A DNA stretch of 59,620 bases from a virus (taxonomy: Duplodnaviria > Caudoviricetes). Position numbers and translations under genes: made by a program. The DNA lies in the IMG/VR virus record IMGVR_UViG_3300009507_000020, positions 1 to 59,620 of that record; one strand, 5' to 3'. The notes beneath the pieces were generated by a model that saw nothing but the letters and a program-made list of their open reading frames with translations, was not told the DNA's origin and did no database searches. Below, one piece after another: positions 49,085 through 58,000 of this stretch (position 1 is its first letter; the number at the start of each line of letters is the position of its first letter).

Positions 49085-52000
49085 ATGTCATACAGACCCC
49101 TAAAAAGTTTATCTGGTGGTGAACTTCAAGAGTTTACTCTTGCAGATGAAGACTCAATCGCCTATCAGGCGGGACTTCACCTTGCGGGTATGGATTCTTC
49201 TGACACGTCTGCATTGTCTAGATACGATCAAGGTAGTGAGTTAGTAGGTACATTCAATAACACCTTCTTTGATGAAACATCCAACGACGACCCTCTGGTT
49301 CTTTCTACAGAGTTTCAGGTTGTATCGACTTCCAATGTCACTAACGGTGTGCATACTATCACTTCTTCGGGTGGTGGTTTACCTCAAACCGTTTATATTG
49401 GTGACACATTAGAACTCAACATTGTACTGAACGCAACTGAAGTCAATGGTGGCGGGTTCGAAACTATTTCTGTTAACGCGACCACTGCGGGTAGCGCAAC
49501 ATTCACCGAGACTATTAATGGAACTCCTGCCCCAACTGTTATTGCGGGTGATGGTTCTATTACATGGCAAGACTTTGTAGATCCCACACTTAGTGGTGAG
49601 TATCGAGGAATCTATCGTTACACGTTGACTTCGACTGGGTCTATCAACATCTCTGTGCAATCAAACACGGTTGACCAAAACAACTCAACTAATGCGGCAG
49701 ATCTAGCGGTAACACTACCCACTATTGAAGTACAAGAGACACGTCCGCCTAGTAGTGTGGAAACTGAAACAGATTTGTTCCAGAGTCCTGCTGCGGATCT
49801 TCCTACTGGTGTTTTAAAAAGAAACCCAATATACTGGCAGACTCAACCACAGGGTCTAAAAGAAATGTCCGACGCAGAGTTGGATATTCTTTGTACTAAG
49901 TTTGCCCGTAAGATTGTAAACAACGAACTTCCTGGCACCTTCCGTCTATCAGATGGTTCGCCTGGATCTGGTTATTTTAAGTTTATTGAAAACATGTTCA
50001 CCGATACGAGAGGTGACGGTACCAATAACTATTATCATATATGGATGAAGGGTTCAAGTACCCCTATTCCCGCTGATCGAAAACCGATGTCCATCTTCCG
50101 TTATAACGGTGTCTTTGCTGGTTTGAAACAAATGTCAGACCCCGAGATACAGTATACCTTTGGTGAACGTGTAAAACAGTTGATCATGACTACTGGTATT
50201 GGTCAGTATCAACTAAGGTCATCATCTCAGGGTACACCAACTTCGCTTGGTACATGGGCAGCACGTGGCACGGCACTTGACACTAGAAGAACATTCATTG
50301 ATGATCCCGGCTATACTGGTCAGGCACCATTTGATACAAATTATACTGGTTCTTACACCCCAGATTACAATACCACTTTCGTTGGTAACTACGAACAGAA
50401 CTATTCATCTGAGTTCGTCGGTAATTACATAGGTTCGTTTATCTCTTTATACACTGGTGACTATGCAGAAGGTTATACCGGTGCGTATGAGAGCGATTTT
50501 GCAAAGAATTACTCCGGTAACTTTGAAAAGACATACGTCGACAATGTCTATTCGGGTAACTTTACACTAGGTTATACTGGTGATTATACGGGTGCAGATG
50601 TAACAGAACAGTTTTCCAACGTATATACTGGTACAGATGTAAGTGAAAACTACTCTTCAATCTATGTTGAAGAAGAATATACAGGTAACTACGGGTCTGA
50701 CTATACAGGTGAATATGAAGGTGATTTTAGTTCTACCTTTCTTGCAAACTATGCAGACCAAGAATACATCTCCGACTACGAAGCCATCTTTACTGGTGAC
50801 TACCAGTCAATATACACCTCACAGTATACTGGAGAGTACGAAGCACTTCTATACGAAACTTCATACAGTGAAGATTTTGTTACAAACTATTTGACTGATT
50901 TCGTTAGAGATTACACCGGTAACTATACTGGTGATTACGAAAGAACAGATGTCACAACCTTTACAGGTGAGTATGCAGGTGACACTCAAGAAACTTACAC
51001 AGGTGATTACACTGGTACGATCGTTGAGTTGTATACCGGTGAATACGTACGTCAGATCTCAGAGACTTACACCGGTGAGTATGGACGTGTTGACGAAGAG
51101 TTGTACACTGGTGATTACGAAGGTGATATCACAGAGACTTATACCGGAGACTATACCCGTGAAACGCCTGTGGTTTATACTGGCGATTACGAACGTGCAG
51201 ATCCTGAAGTCTACACTGGTAACTATAACTCTGCGATAGAAGAACAGTACACCGGAGATTACGAGAGAACTCAAGAAGACAGTTACACTGGATTGTATTC
51301 AGGTGATATACAAGAAGACTACACCGGAGATTACGAGAGAGAAGACGATGAGATCTATGAAGGTCAATACGTTCGTGAGATCCCAGAGAACTACACCGGT
51401 GAATATACTTCAGAAATCATCGAGATTTATAGTGGCAATTACGAGAGAACCCAAGTAGACACTTACACGGGTGATTACGAACGTGCAGATCCTGACACAT
51501 TTACAGGCGAATATGGTCGTATAGACGAGACTAGTTACACCGGTGATTATGAGAGAGCTGACTCAACTTTATTTGCTGGTGCATATGAGGGTGATGTTCT
51601 AGAACCCTACACTGGTGAATACGGTGGTACTATTTTAGAAACATACTCCGGTGATTATACTGGTGAAGTGCCTGAAGAATATATTGGATCTTATATTGGA
51701 TTGAATCAACGCACTTTCTCGGGTAACTATACCGGTATTCCTACAGAACAATACACTGGTATCTATTCTGGTGGTGTTTCTGAAACATATAGTTCTCTAT
51801 ACACTGGTGAGGCACTCGAAGACTACTCTGGAGATTACACAGGTGAGGCACTCGAAGACTACACTGGAGATTATACTGGTGAGATTGCAGAAGACTACAC
51901 CGGTGAGTATGAGTCTCAAATTGCAGAAGACTACACCGGTGATTATGAAGGTATTATTGATGAAACCTATACCGGCAACTATACTGGTGAGATCTCAGAA

Positions 52001-55000
52001 AATTATACTGCACAATATACTGGTGAAATAGAAGAACCGTACATCGGTGAATATACTGGTGCGATCGCAGAAAACTATACTGGCCCTTACGAAGGTATCA
52101 TCATTGAACCTTATACCGGTGAATATACCGGTGAAGTTGCAGAGGGTTACACTGGCGATTATGGTGGTGAAGCACTAGAGACTTACACTGGAGATTATAC
52201 TCGTGTTACTCTTGTCGACTACTCGGGTAACTACGAACGTACAGACGTTGAGAACTATGCCGGTAATTACGAAAGAACCCAAGTAGACACATACACCGGC
52301 GAATATGGTCGTACCACCGAAACCACATATACTGGGGACTACGAAAGAAACCAAGTAGACGTATACACTGGTAACTATGAACGTGTACAAACAGACGGAT
52401 TTACGGGTGACTACGAACGTGTGCAGGTAGACGTATACACAGGTAACTATGTGCGAGATGACGGCACTACGTTCTCTGGTGATTACACAGGTGCGCCTGG
52501 CGAGAATTACTCCGGTGATTATACTGGTGCTCCCGCAGAACCTTACTCAGGTGACTATGAAAGAGCAGATCCAACTAATTTTACTGGTGATTACGGTGGC
52601 GATGTAGTTGAAAACTATACTGGTTCCTATACACGTACTCAAGCAGATTCTTACTCTGGCAATTATACAGGTGCTCCCGCAGAAACTTATACTGGTGACT
52701 ATGAACGTGATCAGACCGATCCATACACCGGTAACTATACAGGTTCAATAGAAGAAGGGTATACCGGAAACTATGATCGGACTGAAATAGAACCATACAC
52801 CGGTGATTACATAGGTGAAGTTTTACAGACCTACACTGGTAACTATAACGTGGGTTATGTGGGTACCTACGTAGGTAACTACACGGGTGTTGCAATAGAA
52901 GAATATACTGGTGATTATACTGGTGCACCCGTAGAGAACTATCAGGGTCAATATGCTGGTACTACGCTAGAAACCTATACTGGTAACTATACTGGCGTTC
53001 CTACCGAACCTTACACTGGTGGATATGCTGGTGATATTATTGAAACTTACACTGGTGATTATACAGGTGCTCCTGCTACTCCTTTCACAGGAAACTATAC
53101 TGGTGCGCCTGGTGAGAACTACTCTGGCGATTATACCGGTATTCCTGTTGAACCTTATACTGGTGGGTATCAAGGTGTTGTTGGTGAGAACTACACAGGT
53201 AACTATACCGGATCCCCCGCAGAGAATTACACTGGTAACTACACTGGTGCTCCCGCAGAGAACTACACTGGTGAATATACAGGTGCGGTTGCAGAAACAT
53301 ACACCGGTGATTATGAAGGTGGTGCGTTAGAAACCTACACCGGTAACTATCAACGTATTCAAGTAGAAACGTATAGTGGTAACTACACACGTATTCAAGC
53401 AGACACTTACACTGGTAACTACACACGTGTTCAAACTGATGCCTACACTGGTAACTACACTCGTGATGCAAGTGAAACATACACTGGTAACTATGCAGGT
53501 GCAGTACAAGAGACTTATACCGGTAATTATGAAGGCGGTGCAGCAGAAACTTATACCGGTGACTACACTGGTGGTGCAGCAGAACCATATTCGGGAAATT
53601 ATACCGGTGTACCCACAGAGAGTTATACTGGCCCTTATACTGGACAGGTAACAGAAAACTACACCGGAAATTATGAAGGTCAGGTCACTGAAAGTTACAG
53701 TGGTGATTATGCGGGTGCAGTACAAGAGACCTATACTGGTGGTTATGAACGTTCTCAAGTAACACCATTTACGGGTAACTATGTAGGCGAAGTACAAGAA
53801 ACGTACACGGGTTCTTACACACGTACAACTAACGAAGCATATACTGGAGATTTCGCTCGAGATGAGTTAGAAGAATATGTTTCTTCCTACACTCGTGTTG
53901 GGGGTGCATCATACATCCAAGCCGGTGGATCATATATTGGGAACATTACAGGGAGTCAGCTCTCAATAAGACACCACGGTGGTTCATCTTGGCATGTAAT
54001 GAAGTCAGGTTCGAGTACGATCACCTATTCTGCATTATATACTGGGACAGTAATACAAAGAATAACCTCTGGTGGCACTGTCGTCACAGAAGTTTCGACC
54101 ACTAGTGGCCCAGTCAATGGAACCTTTACTGCCAACCAAGGCGACAAGATTGTTTCAAATGGGCCAGATTATCCTATTCATATATTCGTTCAGAATTACG
54201 GTCAAGCAGTTGTACCCGAATCATTAGCGGGCGAAGACTTTCAGGGTTATATGAATAGATATGAACCCGGCACTCTCCACTTCTATTCTAAACATGAAGC
54301 TCGTGTAAAGATCTTCAATCCTGGCAATGCGAATGGTCGTGGATACGATGACCAATCCAACCTATTAATGGAGTTTGAGAAGTGGCACTCACTTGGTGCA
54401 GGAGCTCTGCCAGGTTTTGCTCAGAACGGTGACGGTAACAGTCGTATCATTGATGACTCTCCGAAAGGTCAGGATATTGTCTGGGATGTATCTAACCAAG
54501 ACGCAGACTCAAACGCAGACGGTGGTTGGAACGCTTCTCAAGTATCGATTGATTCAACTAAAAAGTATCGTTTTTCTACATGGGTAAGACGTAAAGTGAA
54601 GGGTAATGGTCACTTTTACTTGGGTACCCGTGCATTCAATAGTGGTGGTACTGTCCTTGCCATGCCACGAAGAGTGGCTGGATCTACAACTACAAACCCG
54701 TACTTTGAAGTCAACGGCAACTACAACGAATGGGGTGGGTCTTCAACTGAGTGGTTCCTTGTTGTTGGTCACGTATGGCCCGAAGGATCTGGCACCGGTG
54801 CGGTAGATACTGAATCTGGTATCTACAACACGTCTGGTACAAAAGTTGATACCATTGAACAAGATTACTTATGGCCAACAGGAACAGTAAAAACTTACCA
54901 CCGTGCTTTCTTGTACTACTCGACGGACACCACTACTAATCAACAGTTCTGGGAACCTCGTCTTGACGACACTACTAATCCTAGTTGTCCCTCTGTAGCG

Positions 55001-58000
55001 GACATGATTAGTTATGGTACTTGGGATAGTGTAGTTGAATTGCCTGGCGGTACTAACACTGTTACTTCACACACAATGAGTAGTACGACCGGATTCTTTA
55101 ACTTTCACTCAAACAGACCTATTATTGCTACTTCTGAAGGTACGGGTAGTATTGATTTATCGATGGTACCACCTACTTCTAATGTTGGTGAAAGGATTTA
55201 TCATCGTCGTGCGTACACTGCTGGTAGTAGATCAAATACTGCTGCGAGTGGAATAGACAACGGTAATCAGGTTTCGTTTCACGACTCTTCTCGTATGTCA
55301 CACACTGAGATTGGTGATGGGGCTGGTGGTAATAACTGTTGGGGTTTACCAGAAAGATTTATGTCTAACACATACTCATGGGGTCAAGCACTTCGTGATT
55401 ATGTGATTGTAATGCCATCTACTGGTTATGTTAGGATTTCAAGTTGGAATGGTTCTGCTTGGACAGAACACGTGACACACTTCAGTTCTGGTTCTGCGGA
55501 CAGTCCTACTTATATATTGCGTACTGGTAACAACGGATTCAACACAACCGGTAGCACTGTCGCAGGTAACACCACTAACTTTAACTCGAATACTTTGTGG
55601 AAGTTTGAAGGTACAACCAATTTCTATCTTGCTGTCAACGATCAGAGTGACGACGAAGAAACCTTATTGGGTTGGCAGTCTTCTCTTGAAGACGCTGTTT
55701 ACACTACAAATCAATTCACCGGTAACTATACGCGTGATGCACAAGAGACATACAGCGGTGACTATGCAGGTGGAGTTCAAGAAACCTATACCGGTAACTA
55801 TACCCGTGTTCAAACAAACACATTTGCTGGCAACTATACCGGAGCCCCCGCAGAACCTTACACAGGCACTTATGAAGGTGTGATTACCGAACCTTATACC
55901 GGTAGTTATGCTGGTGCAGTACAAGAAGGTTATACTGGCCCATATACTGGTGCGCCTGGCGAGAACTATGTAGGTTCTTATACAGGTGTAATTGCAGAAA
56001 ACTACGTCGGTGGTTATGATCGTGCTGCACAACAAGGATATACCGGTACATACCAAGGCGCAGTCCAAGAGACTTACACCGGTAACTATGCACGTGTTCA
56101 ACTACAATCATACACAGGTAACTATACTGGCGCGCCTGCTGAAAACTACGTAGGATCATACGCACGTGATCAAGTAACACCATACACAGGTAACTATACT
56201 GGTGCTCCCGCAGAGAACTATGTAGGTAACTATACTGGTGCGCCTGCTGAGAACTATGCAGGTAACTATGCACGTACTCAAGTGACACCATTTACCGGTG
56301 ATTATGCAGGTGATGTACAAGAAACTTATTCAGGTAACTACCAACGTGATCAAACCAATGTTTATTCTGGTGACTATGCGGGTAATCCAGGCGAGAACTA
56401 TGTCGGTTCTTACGGTGGTTCAGTCCAAGAAACCTACACTGGTACATATCAAGGTGCGGTTCAAGAGACATACAGCGGTAACTATGCCGGTGGAGTTCAA
56501 GAAACCTATACCGGTAACTACCAACGTGATCAAACCAATGTTTACACGGGTAACTATGCACGTACTCAAGTGACACCATTTACCGGTGACTATGCACGTG
56601 ATCAACTACAACCATATACTGGTTCTTACGGTGGTGCAGTTCAAGAGACCTATACAGGTAACTACACTGGTGCTCCCGCTGAGAACTATGTGGGATCATA
56701 TTCACGTTCTGCACAAGAAACCTATACCGGTAACTACGCTGGTGCACCCGTAGAAAACTATGTTGGTTCCTATACTCGTGTTCAAGGAACAACATATACC
56801 GGTAACTACACTGGTGCACCCGCAGAAAACTATGTAGGTAGTTATGTCCGTGATGCACAACAAGGATATACTGGTACCTATCAGGGTGTTTCGGGTGAAG
56901 CATACACCGGAGATTATGGTGGTACTGCGTCAGAACTCTTCACCGGATCTTACGTAGGTAGTTATGTTGCTGTCGGAAATAGCACCCCCGCAGGTGGTTT
57001 TGTGGGTGCTGGCGGATATGAAAGTGGAGGTAGTGGTGGTACTAACTATCAAGGCACTTATGCTGGTCTCACTTCAGGTGTTTTTGAAGGGGATCTGCCC
57101 GGTGGGCCAGGCGAACCAGAGATTTACTTGGGGACAAGTAATGTAAACTATACCGGTAGTTATATTGGTGGAGAAACTGGCACAAACACTTACGTTGGCC
57201 CCGCTGTAACATACACCGGAAACTTCGTCGGTGCTGCACAACCCTATAATGCGGCTAATTATGTGAGCAACGATGGGCCACAGTATACAGCTTTTCAACA
57301 CGAGTGGAAGGTGTCGACAGCGGGTGGGTCTAACAACATCTTTATCTATTGGCCAAATGGTCTTTGGGGTACTACAACTGGTACTTTCTCGACTACATCC
57401 ACAACGATTAATGGACAAAGCTTCACTCGTGGTAGTTTTGTGGGTTTCGCTAGTGGTTTTGTTTCTTATTATTTGACCGCGACCAATGTATCGTTTGGTG
57501 CTACTTACGTTGGTGGTGGTGGTACTTACGTCGACAATTTCGTTTCAGGTACCGAGACAACTTACAACAGTGGTGGTGCAACCTACGTAGGTAACTATCA
57601 AGGTGCCTATCAAGGCACTTATGCTGGTGGTTACCAACGTATTCAAGCAACACCTTTCATCGGTGACTACGTACGTGATTCACAACAAGGATATACAGGA
57701 ACGTATCAAGGTGCGGTTCAAGAAACCTATACCGGTAACTATGCAAGAGACCAAGCTGCTGCGTACACGGGTAACTATCAAGGTGATGTACAAGAAACTT
57801 ATGCAGGTAACTATGGACGTACACAACTAGAGAATTATGTCGGTTCTTACGGTGGTGCAGTCCAAGAGACTTATACCGGTAACTATGCACGTGCTCAAGC
57901 AGAAAACTATGTAGGTAGTTACTCTCGTTCTGCACAACAGGCATACACCGGTAACTACGTTGGTGTTCCTCTTGAAACATACTCTGGTGACTATGCAGGT

